From a virus: a stretch of DNA of 64,000 nt. The DNA lies in IMG/VR virus record IMGVR_UViG_3300044712_002690, positions 114,985 through 178,984 of that record; one strand, written 5' to 3'. Below the pieces are notes generated by a model. The model did not search any database. It saw only the letters and a program-made list of their open reading frames with translations, and was not told the origin of the DNA. The position numbers and the translations under genes are program-made. The stretch's first letter is position 1, and the number at the start of each line of letters is the position of its first letter. Positions 1 through 11,100 of this stretch are shown here, in pieces.

Positions 1-285
1 TGGCCATTCAATGTCTTCTATAGCATCATAATGTTTTTCATAGAATTTAATGAAAACTTTAAATACTACTTCTGTTAATCTAGAATTATAGTTAGATAAG
101 ATATAGTAGAATAAAAATATACTGAGAGATACAGAATTACAGAAATGTCTTAATCCCTTCTTTACTTTTCCAATTTGTTGTCTAACAAAAGATTTACTTT
201 CTGTATAAAAAACTATTCCTAATGCAAATAAACCGAAACAAATAATAAGTAATACTATAACACGAGCAATGTTAGTACTTTCCAT
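1..285 (-). CDS. Partial (3'-truncated) membrane protein
   Basis: Hand-translated open frame from ATG at 285 to the window edge: MESTNIARVIVLLIICFGLFALGIVFY...; hydrophobic N-terminal helix; absent from the ORF track. Confidence 0.5.
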   Translation of the reverse strand, partial: MESTNIARVIVLLIICFGLFALGIVFYTESKSFVRQQIGKVKKGLRHFCNSVSLSIFLFYYILSNYNSRLTEVVFKVFIKFYEKHYDAIEDIEWP

Positions 286-341
286 GTTGTTCTCTCTATA
301 TTAATTTAATATTAATATATCAAGAACAATTTCTTTTCTAA

Positions 342-839
342 TTACCAATTAATACTATTTACTTCCGCTTCTGTTGTAGCAGCATCAATTTGAGCTTCAA
401 GTGTCCATCTTTTTTGATAAAGAAGAACACCATGTACTTGCATTTCGGTAATTAATTGTCTTAGCTCAGGTATAGTAACACCTGGTTTAGTTTCTGTATA
501 TCCTTTGTAGTCAGTAGATGTTAAACCTTGTAATTCCATGACAGCAATAAGACTATCAACATTCTGTAAGTCGTTTTTAATATCTGATCTTCTAAAATCT
601 ACTTCTATTCCTAAAGATGTAGACATAAAATGACCAGCTCTAAATTCATTTTCAAATGAAACTAAGATTTCTTTTTTCTTATTTTCTTTGAAAGGGTTTA
701 AATTAAGTACCCAATCAGTATAATCTTCATTAGGTATATGAAATTGTGACGGTCTTTGCTTTTTCATTTCTATATCAAGGTAATAACGTAGATCACCTTC
801 ATAATATTCGCCATCTTGTCTACTTATATAGAATCCCAT
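342..839 (-). CDS. Tail fibre assembly/chaperone-like protein (DUF4376-like)
   Basis: Directly downstream of a tail-fibre gene; short RPSQFH..W N-terminus and helical C-terminus ending ...IDAATTEAEVNSINW, typical of these proteins. Confidence 0.6.
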   Translation of the reverse strand: MGFYISRQDGEYYEGDLRYYLDIEMKKQRPSQFHIPNEDYTDWVLNLNPFKENKKKEILVSFENEFRAGHFMSTSLGIEVDFRRSDIKNDLQNVDSLIAVMELQGLTSTDYKGYTETKPGVTIPELRQLITEMQVHGVLLYQKRWTLEAQIDAATTEAEVNSINW

Positions 840-3059
840 TTAGAAACCTCTTTTTGCTATCATGAATATTTTCCATTTAGATGCTGTAGCGGCAGCAGCG
901 TTTCCAGTAGGGTCAAGAATATATGGAGTATTTGCTGCTGACCTATATTGAGCTGTTATTTTAGTTATTTTTACTGGACCTGTTGCAAATACACCTGCTG
1001 CACCAACAACTATAAATTTAGCTATATCACCAGGTACATGTCCTAATTCTGCTGAAATATTCCTGCCATATACTTCTACGTCAGTTATTAAAGAAGTACC
1101 CATGTTATGGCTAAAAGATTGGGTTACGTTTGCCGCTGGCATAATTACATCTGCTGATTTATAAGTTCCATTATAAGCATAAGTTCTTACATCTGAAACT
1201 GCTGCTGCTAAGTTTGTAGAATTATAGTAATTTACAGTTGTATTTGCTGCATTAAGTGCTGTCGTTGCTCCTACAAAGTTTCCATCAGATTTCATAACAG
1301 TAATATAACCTAACAGGATATGTGAAGCTGTGGGGGCTGGCTTAGCATTTATAGCGTCAGTTTCAGTTGTATATCCAGCAGCATTTCCTGCAGCATCCTT
1401 ACTATGTATAGTTCCATCAACGCCTATTTCCCAACCGAATAATCCCCATTTATTTTGAGGTACAGTAGTCGCTGTTAAAGCTTGCCCTGTTACAGCAGCC
1501 TTATAATATCCTAAAGAAGCTATCTGATAATAGAAAGCATCTGTCTGAACCTGTGTAGTAGTTCCACTTATTCTTAGATTAGGGCTGGAAATATTTCCAT
1601 CACTTGTGCTTCTTCCACTTTCACACTGACCAATATAAACTGTTTGATCTTCAGACCACGAAGCAGGATTTCCATAATACATTTTATAATCATTTGTATT
1701 AAGCCAATGCACCGAGGGTGTAGTTAATGTAGTAGGAGCAACAAAATCAGCTGTCCACAATGCATATGGTAGAAATTCATAGTTATCAATATACCCTGTC
1801 ATTGGATAACCAAAATCGGCATAATAACCAAGCTGGATATATTGTGTCATATACAATGTTGCACTACTACTAATAACTGCATCAATAGTACCATCAACAA
1901 ATACTCTATAACAAGTACCATCAAACACTAAAGCTAAGTGATACCATTGATTTTGAGTCCAAGAAGTTTTAGTTCCAGTTACTCCGTTAGCAATAGTCCA
2001 ACTACCAGTTGCACTTGTTAAATGAATAATTAATCTAGTTCCATTGTGATAAATAAGTGTACCAAATTGAAGATCATTTGATAGAATTGTTTGATTACCA
2101 CTAATAGCATCTAGTCTAAACCAGCAATGTTGTGTCCATTTCGTTGATGGGATAGGTTGATTAAATCTCACATATCCATTAGTTCCTTTCAATCTAAGCG
2201 ATGACGATCCTGATTTATATTGAGTAGTAGATATTTCAGCGTTAGCTGCTGAAAAAGTAGCTACATTATTCATTAAATCAGTATATGAAGTTGCTGTATT
2301 TAATCCTTCAAAAGTAGCACAAATAGAACCAATCTGTGAACCTATGAAAGTAGTATCTGCATGATATGGGTAACTAGAGCGACCGGCTGAAAAATTTCCT
2401 GCTGATACTCTCTGAAAAAATAAGTAGTGTGTTGTGAAAGAAGAATATAAATTAATAGTTTGGTCCGTTGAAACTGATTCAATATAATCAACAGCACCTC
2501 CATTATTATAACCACCAGCAAAACCAATAACTGCAGCGGTCGGGGTGTTATCCATATCAACAGCAAGACCACTACCAGCAGCAAGGGCTGAAGGTAATCC
2601 AGAAGTATCAACTTTTCCAATAAAAACAGTATTTCTTACAGTTGTATTAATTGGTTTTATTGTAGAGTACAATACTTTCTTTTTAGAATAGGTGTCTGCA
2701 CTATCTTCAATAACAAATACATCTGCATCAACTAAAGAAGTTTTTTCTGTTAATGTAGAAATTTCTCCAGAAGACGTTAAATGTATAGCATTTAGGTCTG
2801 ATGCTGAAACAACAGCCCACGTTCCATCACCTCTTAAATACATTGATGTGTCATTAGGAGCTTTAGGTGTATAACCATGTTTAGTTATTGAAACATCGTT
2901 AGTTGTGTTATTTGTAAAAGAAATTTCTGTTTCAGCAATACTATTTCCACCACTTAATACACCACTTCCATTATTTTTAACAATACCAGTAGAAGTAAAT
3001 GTAGTAATGATTAATCCAGTAGCTGTAGCATTACCTATTGATGGGTTATCAATAATCAT
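840..3059 (-). CDS. Tail fibre-like protein with LamG/concanavalin-like domain
   Basis: 739 aa, Thr/Ser/Gly-rich; LamG-type segment WTQHCWFRLD...WYHLALVFDGTCYRVFVDG...GYIDN; C-terminal part paralogous to 8120..12634. Confidence 0.8.
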   Translation of the reverse strand: MIIDNPSIGNATATGLIITTFTSTGIVKNNGSGVLSGGNSIAETEISFTNNTTNDVSITKHGYTPKAPNDTSMYLRGDGTWAVVSASDLNAIHLTSSGEISTLTEKTSLVDADVFVIEDSADTYSKKKVLYSTIKPINTTVRNTVFIGKVDTSGLPSALAAGSGLAVDMDNTPTAAVIGFAGGYNNGGAVDYIESVSTDQTINLYSSFTTHYLFFQRVSAGNFSAGRSSYPYHADTTFIGSQIGSICATFEGLNTATSYTDLMNNVATFSAANAEISTTQYKSGSSSLRLKGTNGYVRFNQPIPSTKWTQHCWFRLDAISGNQTILSNDLQFGTLIYHNGTRLIIHLTSATGSWTIANGVTGTKTSWTQNQWYHLALVFDGTCYRVFVDGTIDAVISSSATLYMTQYIQLGYYADFGYPMTGYIDNYEFLPYALWTADFVAPTTLTTPSVHWLNTNDYKMYYGNPASWSEDQTVYIGQCESGRSTSDGNISSPNLRISGTTTQVQTDAFYYQIASLGYYKAAVTGQALTATTVPQNKWGLFGWEIGVDGTIHSKDAAGNAAGYTTETDAINAKPAPTASHILLGYITVMKSDGNFVGATTALNAANTTVNYYNSTNLAAAVSDVRTYAYNGTYKSADVIMPAANVTQSFSHNMGTSLITDVEVYGRNISAELGHVPGDIAKFIVVGAAGVFATGPVKITKITAQYRSAANTPYILDPTGNAAAATASKWKIFMIAKRGF

Positions 3060-3064
3060 ATTTA

Positions 3065-4453
3065 TTACTCATATATCAATGTAACATTTATATTATTAGA
3101 ACAAGTATAACATAAACCTGTATAGAACGGTAAATCTTGAAAATCAATACTAGCTACACCTGCTCCTGTTGCAATACCTAAAGATTGGTAAAGGATAGTC
3201 CCACCTGTTGTAGTACCATCGTATATAGTTAATACAGCAGAATTGTTTCCTGAATGCACAACAGCACCATGTAAATTCCCAGCACCATATTTGCAAATTA
3301 CAGCTGCAGTTTGAGTACCAGAAGTAAATTTAGATGTAGGTTGTGAAATAAGCGGACCTAATCTCCTAATTGAAGCAACACGACAAGTTAAAGTATTGTT
3401 ACTTGTAATACCACCTGAGTTAACATTATCCATATAAACATAATGACTCATAGTAGCAGACCATGTAGCAGATGAGGCGCTAACTGTATGTAAAATTTGG
3501 TCACTTACTATAAACCAAACTTTTGAATTAGTCCAATAAATTTCATATGTATGAACTGTTATACCAGGGTCATATGTTAAACCTAACTTTCCATTAAATG
3601 ATCCTGAACTAATTCTTGCTTCTGAAGTTCCCTTATTTGTTACAATACTAAAAGTTGATCCATCTAATTCAAAATATGCTCCATCAGTAATAGCAGGCAT
3701 TGTAGCTCCCCACGCTATCCCCCACCTTCTTTTGTTATTTGTAACTCCTGTTGATAATTGAACTACTACTCTAAAAACCATACCAGAAGCAGAAACATAT
3801 CTTCCTCTTCTTATCGATGTTAATACTGTAGCACCATTTGGAGAAGTAGTATTAGTAGCTAAAACAACTTGAGCATTAGCTTGTGTTGTTGTGCCACCAG
3901 CAGTATTTGTTACAGCCCAAAAGTTAGGGTCTACTGTAGTACCGTCAAATGAGGCTCCTACTAATCTAACGGGTTCAACTACTCTCATCTCCCCTATAGG
4001 AGTATTTTCAACTCCAAATCCATATAAATCTTGTATGCTTTTTATACCAACTTTGAAATTACTTTGTGCATCTAGTGTTCTAGGTACAGCTTCAACAATA
4101 GGGCATAAAATTGATGTTATTCTAAAAACTGTTGTAGCTGCAGAAGCATTATTATTTACAACTCGAACTCTAAAATAAGAATTAGTCGCTTGAACTGTAA
4201 TTCCAAAAGAAGAACTAGCATAATAAGTATATGAATCCGATATATCCCAATGAGGCCCAGTTGGTGTTGTGTCAGGTGATTGATCTACATATACAGTACA
4301 GTTTTGATCAGCATATAAGTTTACTTGTATTCCAGCTATTCCCAATGTACTATCTACAGTACCTGTATATGTACCACCAGCAGCCAAAATACCTGTTGAG
4401 GTATTAAGTGTCGAAACAACTATATTTTGTTGGAATTTACTAAAGTAACTCAT
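3065..4453 (-). CDS. Virion structural protein (beta-rich)
   Basis: 462 aa, T/S/G-rich, located between fibre genes; lectin-like middle (HTYEIYWTNSKVWFIV). Confidence 0.6.
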   Translation of the reverse strand: MSYFSKFQQNIVVSTLNTSTGILAAGGTYTGTVDSTLGIAGIQVNLYADQNCTVYVDQSPDTTPTGPHWDISDSYTYYASSSFGITVQATNSYFRVRVVNNNASAATTVFRITSILCPIVEAVPRTLDAQSNFKVGIKSIQDLYGFGVENTPIGEMRVVEPVRLVGASFDGTTVDPNFWAVTNTAGGTTTQANAQVVLATNTTSPNGATVLTSIRRGRYVSASGMVFRVVVQLSTGVTNNKRRWGIAWGATMPAITDGAYFELDGSTFSIVTNKGTSEARISSGSFNGKLGLTYDPGITVHTYEIYWTNSKVWFIVSDQILHTVSASSATWSATMSHYVYMDNVNSGGITSNNTLTCRVASIRRLGPLISQPTSKFTSGTQTAAVICKYGAGNLHGAVVHSGNNSAVLTIYDGTTTGGTILYQSLGIATGAGVASIDFQDLPFYTGLCYTCSNNINVTLIYE

Positions 4454-4465
4454 TTAATTTAATCC

Positions 4466-7400
4466 TTAATATATTCTATATTTAGATCCAGTTGAATATA
4501 TATTCATTGCACTATTAGAAGGAATTGTTTGTGAAGTTTCGTCTTCAATTGTTTCAGCACCAGTGCAAATAACATATATATCTCCAGGTGAATTATTGTC
4601 AATTATAAATTCTCTTCCTGTGTTTCCAATAGCTGTAGGAAGTGTTAGAGTTTTTCCTGCAGCTGTAACTAATAAAATCCTATCAGTTATATTAATATTA
4701 TAATCTGTAGATATAGTTTTAAGTGCTTGAGGTTGTGGGGAACCTAATGATGCTATAATAGATCCAGATTGAGAAGCACTAAATGTTACTGTAAAAGCAT
4801 TAACTGTACTATGCGTTATGGTATATGGAATAAATACTACACCAGTAGAAGTAATAACTTGTACTATTGGATATGATCCAAAATTATGAGTTACTGTTAC
4901 AGATGTTTGAGTTGTAAATGTAGTTAATGAATAATCATTTTCGGATGCCCCAGTTGGAGTAGCCCAGTTTCCTGTTCCATCTAAAAATTGACTTGAATTA
5001 GCTGACAATCTGGGTAAAAACCCATGACCTGTACTTGTAGCATTCCATGTTGTAACATCATTTAAAAATAAATGAGTTTCTTGAATAGGAATAATATCAC
5101 TATAATGATACCCATCCCAATAATCAGCATTTAATAAAGTAACTACAGTGTTTGATGCTACAGTAAAAGGAGAAGTTCCAGGAGATACGTCACTTCTAAA
5201 TGTTTCAGCTCTTATTTGGAAGGAGCCTGCGTCCCAATTAGCTGATAAAGGTCTTGTTCCATTAGCTAATAAATATTGTGTATGATCATCACTAGTTAAT
5301 CCAGTTAATAAACTATGATTAGTTACTATTGCGGTATCTCTTGGGTGCACATGATCAGCTCTAGCAATTGTATCTAATGAACCTGTGCTAGATACACCGT
5401 TCATTTTTATATTACCAGAAGATGTTTCAAAATTTTGATTAAATGCAGTATTTTGAGATATACCCGTTATTGTAGTTGTTCCAGTAAATTGTGCAAATTG
5501 TCCAGTTGATCCAGTACCTGTAATAGGATTTGTTAAAGCTTCTTGTTTATTATTAAATGTTATATAACCAGCAGAAGTTAAATAACCGGCTTGTGTTGTA
5601 GAAGCAGGTTGAGTAGCTATTGTATATCCGGCTGATGTTAAATGATAATATTCATCAGTAGTTCCACCTTGTAGACCAGATAAACCATTGTGTATATAAG
5701 TAGAAGATAAAGATATTGACTCTGTTATACTATCAATTTGTGTAGCTGTAGAATCACCTTTTTTAACTATAATTCTTCCAATTAAAATACCAAAGGATGC
5801 AGTTAATGAAGGGAGTTGTGCTGGTGGTTTGCTATTAATAGCTTCAGCTAATACATAGTTTCCTTGTCCTAATACAATAACAGGTCTGTTATTTTGTTGT
5901 GATACACCTCTATAAACCCAGTTAACTGCATATCTATTTGGATTAAGAGCGACTCTATTTAATCCATTATCATAGTAAGTATTATCATACTGAGTAGTAG
6001 TTGTTCTTGTCCATACTCCTCCAACATGATACCAAAGAGCAATCTCTTGTCCAGGTGTAGAAGAATTTATAGGAACTAATGATGTGTAGCAAGCTCCGTA
6101 CCAAACATTACCACTTGTAATAGTAACATATCTTGTTGCAGCTTCGCCTAATTTTAAACCACCTTGTTCTGGACTAAATCTTTCTGTTTTAACTAAACGA
6201 TGACAAAGTTTATTTGCTAAACCATTTGCCATTTCATCCCAATCAAGATATAAAATAACTCCTGAAAGATTATAAACAGTAGCAATAGGAATAATATCAC
6301 TTTGGTTAATCGGGGCTACTGTATCAATCAATTCAATAATTGGATTTCCACTATTGTAATTAGCTACAACATAATGGGATATTCCATCATCTGGAACTAT
6401 AAAAGTATTTCCAGAAATAGTATATCTATTTAATGTTGCAGTTAAATAGTCACTAGTAGAATATATTAAATAGTCACCTTGACTAACAATGATAATACCA
6501 GTGCTAGTAGATATTGTTGGTTTAATTAAACCACCCGCATTATCGTAATAAATTGATTCAGGTAACTCATCTATATGGTCAAATTCAGGATGTACTACAC
6601 CGCTACTGGATAATTTTTCAACACAAACTCTACCAATGTATACACAATGATCTCTAAGAAGAATCGGTGTTGTAGGGGGTAATTCATTAAAAGACTCATC
6701 TTCATTGTAAAACTGTGTTCTGCCAAGAGTATAAAAAACTTGTTTAACATCTCCTATACTTCTATAAAAAAATCTATTTGCATATCTATGTTCAGTTAAT
6801 TCAATAGTACCAGTAGATCCTTGATAATTTGTATTACCATAAACAAGTCTATCTTCATAAACCCAACCAGTACTAGTATAAGTAACTCGAGTTAGTTGAT
6901 CAGTGCTAGAATTAAAATCTTGAACAACAATTGATGTAGCTCCTACATATACAAGACCACCAGAAACAAGAACAGTTCTTGGTGAAGGAGTCGATGTTAC
7001 AGATAAAATTAATCCACCATCAATAGATCTTCTGTAGGGTTCTGTATTATATAAAGATCTATTTGTTTTTGAAACAAGACCTAATCCAAATTCTCCTTGA
7101 TCAACAGAATGTATAGTATTACCTTGTCTCCAACAGACAAATATTGTAAAAATATTACTGCCATTAATTAGGGTCTTATCATTTTCTAATCTTATGATAG
7201 GAATACCTGAGTTATAATCAACGACTATATACTGCTCTATTCCATCAGTAAGAGTGAATGTACCACTTGCAATTGTATATTTGTGCAGTAATCCTGAAAA
7301 ATCTGTAGTTGAATATACATAAGCATCGAATGAATTTACTGTAGCAGTCCCATCTCCATTATCTGTTAATATAGTCGAAGTAACTGGTCCCGCATTTCTA

Positions 7401-8089
7401 TGAGAATAAGCTACTAAATTTTCTAATGTTATTTTTTTCTTAGAAAAAGAATCAATTGAATCTTCTAAAAGGACAATGTCTTCTTCATTTATATTTAATT
7501 TTTCTGTAAATGAATTAAAATCTCCTGAAGAAGTATTTAAAAAATAGGATTCATGGTGTCCATCAAGTGTATCAGCATTTCCGCTGGAAGTAGAATATCC
7601 AGAAGTTGTTGAATACCCTGATGAGGTTGAATAATTTGAAGTATTAGAGTTATTAGAATACCCAGAAGAAGTTGCAAAATCTGCAGTGGCCGAAGTTATT
7701 GAACTTAAAGCAAATCCAGAAGAAACTGCATATCCAGAAGAGGTAGAATAATCTGATGCATTTACAATACCATCATCATTGGTATCATAAACTAATTTGG
7801 TCATATCACCAGAACCTGCTCCTAATGAAGCATAAAGATGTTTACCTGTTGAAGTATTCCAAATTAAAATTCTTCCATTTGCTTTTGCAGAAGAATCAAC
7901 ATCAGAGAGATCAGATAAATTATGATTATGTCCAGTTGAACTAAAAAATGTAGAATCATATCCATCTAACTTATCAGAATTACCACTAGTCATCGAATAT
8001 CCGCTACTTGTAACAAAACCACTACTAGTAGTAACAGAGGAACCTCTTTGTAAAAAAAGTCTCTGTGTTGTATTATAAATAGATTTCAT
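4466..8089 (-). CDS. Tail fibre-like protein with internal duplication and TSSG repeats
   Basis: 1207 aa; TSSG[YF] repeats, DGY/DGH and HxH motifs (ADHVHP, TGHNH), and modules shared with neighbouring fibre genes. Confidence 0.7.
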   Translation of the reverse strand: MKSIYNTTQRLFLQRGSSVTTSSGFVTSSGYSMTSGNSDKLDGYDSTFFSSTGHNHNLSDLSDVDSSAKANGRILIWNTSTGKHLYASLGAGSGDMTKLVYDTNDDGIVNASDYSTSSGYAVSSGFALSSITSATADFATSSGYSNNSNTSNYSTSSGYSTTSGYSTSSGNADTLDGHHESYFLNTSSGDFNSFTEKLNINEEDIVLLEDSIDSFSKKKITLENLVAYSHRNAGPVTSTILTDNGDGTATVNSFDAYVYSTTDFSGLLHKYTIASGTFTLTDGIEQYIVVDYNSGIPIIRLENDKTLINGSNIFTIFVCWRQGNTIHSVDQGEFGLGLVSKTNRSLYNTEPYRRSIDGGLILSVTSTPSPRTVLVSGGLVYVGATSIVVQDFNSSTDQLTRVTYTSTGWVYEDRLVYGNTNYQGSTGTIELTEHRYANRFFYRSIGDVKQVFYTLGRTQFYNEDESFNELPPTTPILLRDHCVYIGRVCVEKLSSSGVVHPEFDHIDELPESIYYDNAGGLIKPTISTSTGIIIVSQGDYLIYSTSDYLTATLNRYTISGNTFIVPDDGISHYVVANYNSGNPIIELIDTVAPINQSDIIPIATVYNLSGVILYLDWDEMANGLANKLCHRLVKTERFSPEQGGLKLGEAATRYVTITSGNVWYGACYTSLVPINSSTPGQEIALWYHVGGVWTRTTTTQYDNTYYDNGLNRVALNPNRYAVNWVYRGVSQQNNRPVIVLGQGNYVLAEAINSKPPAQLPSLTASFGILIGRIIVKKGDSTATQIDSITESISLSSTYIHNGLSGLQGGTTDEYYHLTSAGYTIATQPASTTQAGYLTSAGYITFNNKQEALTNPITGTGSTGQFAQFTGTTTITGISQNTAFNQNFETSSGNIKMNGVSSTGSLDTIARADHVHPRDTAIVTNHSLLTGLTSDDHTQYLLANGTRPLSANWDAGSFQIRAETFRSDVSPGTSPFTVASNTVVTLLNADYWDGYHYSDIIPIQETHLFLNDVTTWNATSTGHGFLPRLSANSSQFLDGTGNWATPTGASENDYSLTTFTTQTSVTVTHNFGSYPIVQVITSTGVVFIPYTITHSTVNAFTVTFSASQSGSIIASLGSPQPQALKTISTDYNINITDRILLVTAAGKTLTLPTAIGNTGREFIIDNNSPGDIYVICTGAETIEDETSQTIPSNSAMNIYSTGSKYRIY

Positions 8090-8119
8090 TCAACTTAATC
8101 CTTACCAGGAACCTATATA

Positions 8120-11100
8120 TTAAAATGCCCTTTCAGCTGTAAATTGTACATTCCATTTAGATGCTGTAACATTACCATAACTGTTGGCATCTAGTCTTTG
8201 TATACTGAACGAAGTATTTACACCACCTTTGAATAAAAAAGTATTTCGTCTTAATTGTGTAGGAACAGGAACATTGACTGCTGATGTGCCGTCTGTCATT
8301 GTTAGTGGAGATTTATCACCGGGGAAATATCCATATTCACTACTAACATTAATTATGTAACCAGTAGGAAAATATTTTCTAGTTCCAAGATTATGAGAAA
8401 ATGATACAGTAGTATTTGCTGCTGGACAAGCTGTTTCTGCTGATTCATATCTTCCATTATAAGCATATGTTGTTACGGAATTAACAGTAGTCGCTAATAT
8501 TGTAGCAGTTGTTATATGGCATGTAACATTCGCTGCATTTAAAGCAGTTGTATTTCCTACAAAGTTTCCATCGCTCTTCATTACAGTTAGATAAGTAAAT
8601 AAAATATGCGATGCTGTAGGAGCAGGAACAGCAGCTAAAGCTAGTGCTTCGCTAGCGTAACCAGCAGCATTACCAGCAGCATCTTTTGAATGTACTGTAC
8701 CATCAACTCCTATTTCCCAACCAAATAATCCCCACTTACCACTTGGAACTGTTGTTGCTGTTAAGGTAGCAACTGCTGCTGCTTTATAATATCCAACTGA
8801 AGCAATTTGAAAGTAAAAGTTATTATGAACTACTCTTGCTGGTGTTATAACATCAATGATTGTTCCTGTACTAGTTATAACTCCATCTGTTGATACTCTT
8901 CCTGTTTGACATTCACCCATAAAAGTACGATATTTTTGTGTCCAACCAGCAGTAGGATTTCCTTCGTACATTTTATACTTAATTGTATCAAACCAATGTA
9001 CTGTTGGGGCAGTTAAATCAGTAGGAGGAGTAAATGTAGTAGTCCATCTTGCATAAGGTTCGAATTGGAAATTGTCTATATATCCTGTCGCAGGAACAGA
9101 ACCAGCCCCAGAATACCCAAGTCTGAAATATTGATGTGTAAATATTTGTAATGCAGAAGAAGCTATTTGATCTAAAACACCGTCAATGAAGAATCTATAA
9201 CAAGTTCCATCAAACACTATGGCGCTATGGTACCAAGTTGCATTACTGTAAGTTGTATCATAACCAGCAAGAGCATTAGCAATATTCCAAGTTGATGCGT
9301 CACTGGATAGATAATAAGTCAATCTATTGGTTGCAAAAGTAATACCTAAACTCACATCTGCACTGGCATTGATAAGAGATTGTGTTCCTGAAGCGGAATC
9401 TAGTCTCCACCAAAAATGAATTGTCCATTTTGAGGGTAAATTATATGGTACAGGTAACTGTACATATCCATTAGTTCCAGCCACTCTAATTGATGAAGAG
9501 CCAGATTTAAACTGAGCAGTTGAAATTGTACAGTTTGCCGCTGAAAATACAGCAGTATTACCCATTAAATCAGTGTAAGAGGTTGCTCCATTCGTACCTT
9601 CAAATGTAGCACAAATAGACTGACCTTTATATCCTATATAAGATTGATCATATACGGGAGGATATAAATTAAAATTAAATGTACCGTCTCCATAATCTGG
9701 ACGCAATTCATCAGTAGTATCGCAATAAATAAAAGGAGTAGCATATTCAGTTAGAGATCCTACACCATAATAATTAGGGAAATATCTAACAAAATCTACA
9801 GGACCGTTATAACTATTACCTCCAGCAAAAGTAATACCAAACGGTGTTGAACCACCAAGTCCCTCTACAAAATCATTATCTAATGTAATAGTTAGACCAC
9901 TTCCATATGTATACGCTGCTGTAGATAAAATACTTGGTACATTACTAGTATTTTTTCCATATATGACTGTTTGTCTTTTTATAGGAGCACAGGGAATAGC
10001 AATAGGTGACCAATATGTAGGTAAATCTATTTCAAAGTCAGAGCCCGATGTATGAGTAGAATACGCAATATATAATTGTTCTCCATACCTAACAAGAGAA
10101 TATGCAACATATTCTGTACTTGCTGCCCATTGTGGGAAACGAACACCTTGAGAAGTAATACCTAAAGTAAATCCATATATAAGTTTTTTACTATAAGAAT
10201 CTTCAGAATCCTCTATTAATAAAACATCAGTTTCTACTAATTTATTTTTATTTGTTAAATTTACAATTTCACTACTTACAGATTTATGAAAAGCATCAGC
10301 ATCACCTGTGCTACTAAAGAAATTACTTACAAGTATTTTCTTTTTGTTATATGAATCATTACTATCCTCTATTAAAAGAATGTCGTTGTTTTCTGGAGTA
10401 ACTTTTAAAGTTAAAGCATTAAGCTCGCTAGATATAGCTTTATGAAATACAGCTGTATCTGTTGCTTTAGTTGTGTCAGATGGGTGTCGGTGATCACCTC
10501 TAGTTACTGTATTTAAAGACCCTGCCCAACCTGCACCATCCATTTGCAGATTGCCATCTGTAATTTCAATCTGCAAATAATCATCTACTCTATCTAATGC
10601 ACTTTGTACAGTAGTTTGTGATGTTGTAAAAAATCCATTAAAGTTAGTAGTGTCAGTATTAACCATAGAAGCGGAAATAGTAGTAGTTGGTGAACCTAAT
10701 ACTGAACCTGATACTGTAGCTACACGAACATTTAAGAAAGTAGCATCTACTAATCTCATTCTATTTTGATTAAACCCAGCAGTAGTGTTATAATGAAAGG
10801 TAAGCCTATAGAATGGTACAACTTCTTGGATACTAAGTCCAGCTAATCCTACTAAATTTGCAAATTGAAATGCTGCTTCTCCGAGTGTAGTTGTTAATGT
10901 CGCACTAGTGGATTGACCTTGTCCTAATATAGCTATTACAGGTTCGCTAGTTGTATTAGTAGCACATAGATATATAGGAAAATATCTATTTGCTGTCATG
11001 GCAGAAAATCCGCCAGCAATAGCATTGTTAAATTGATAAGTTGCTGTAGCTATTGTTGCTGCAGTAATAGCAGCACCACCAGAAACACCAACAAAGTCAG

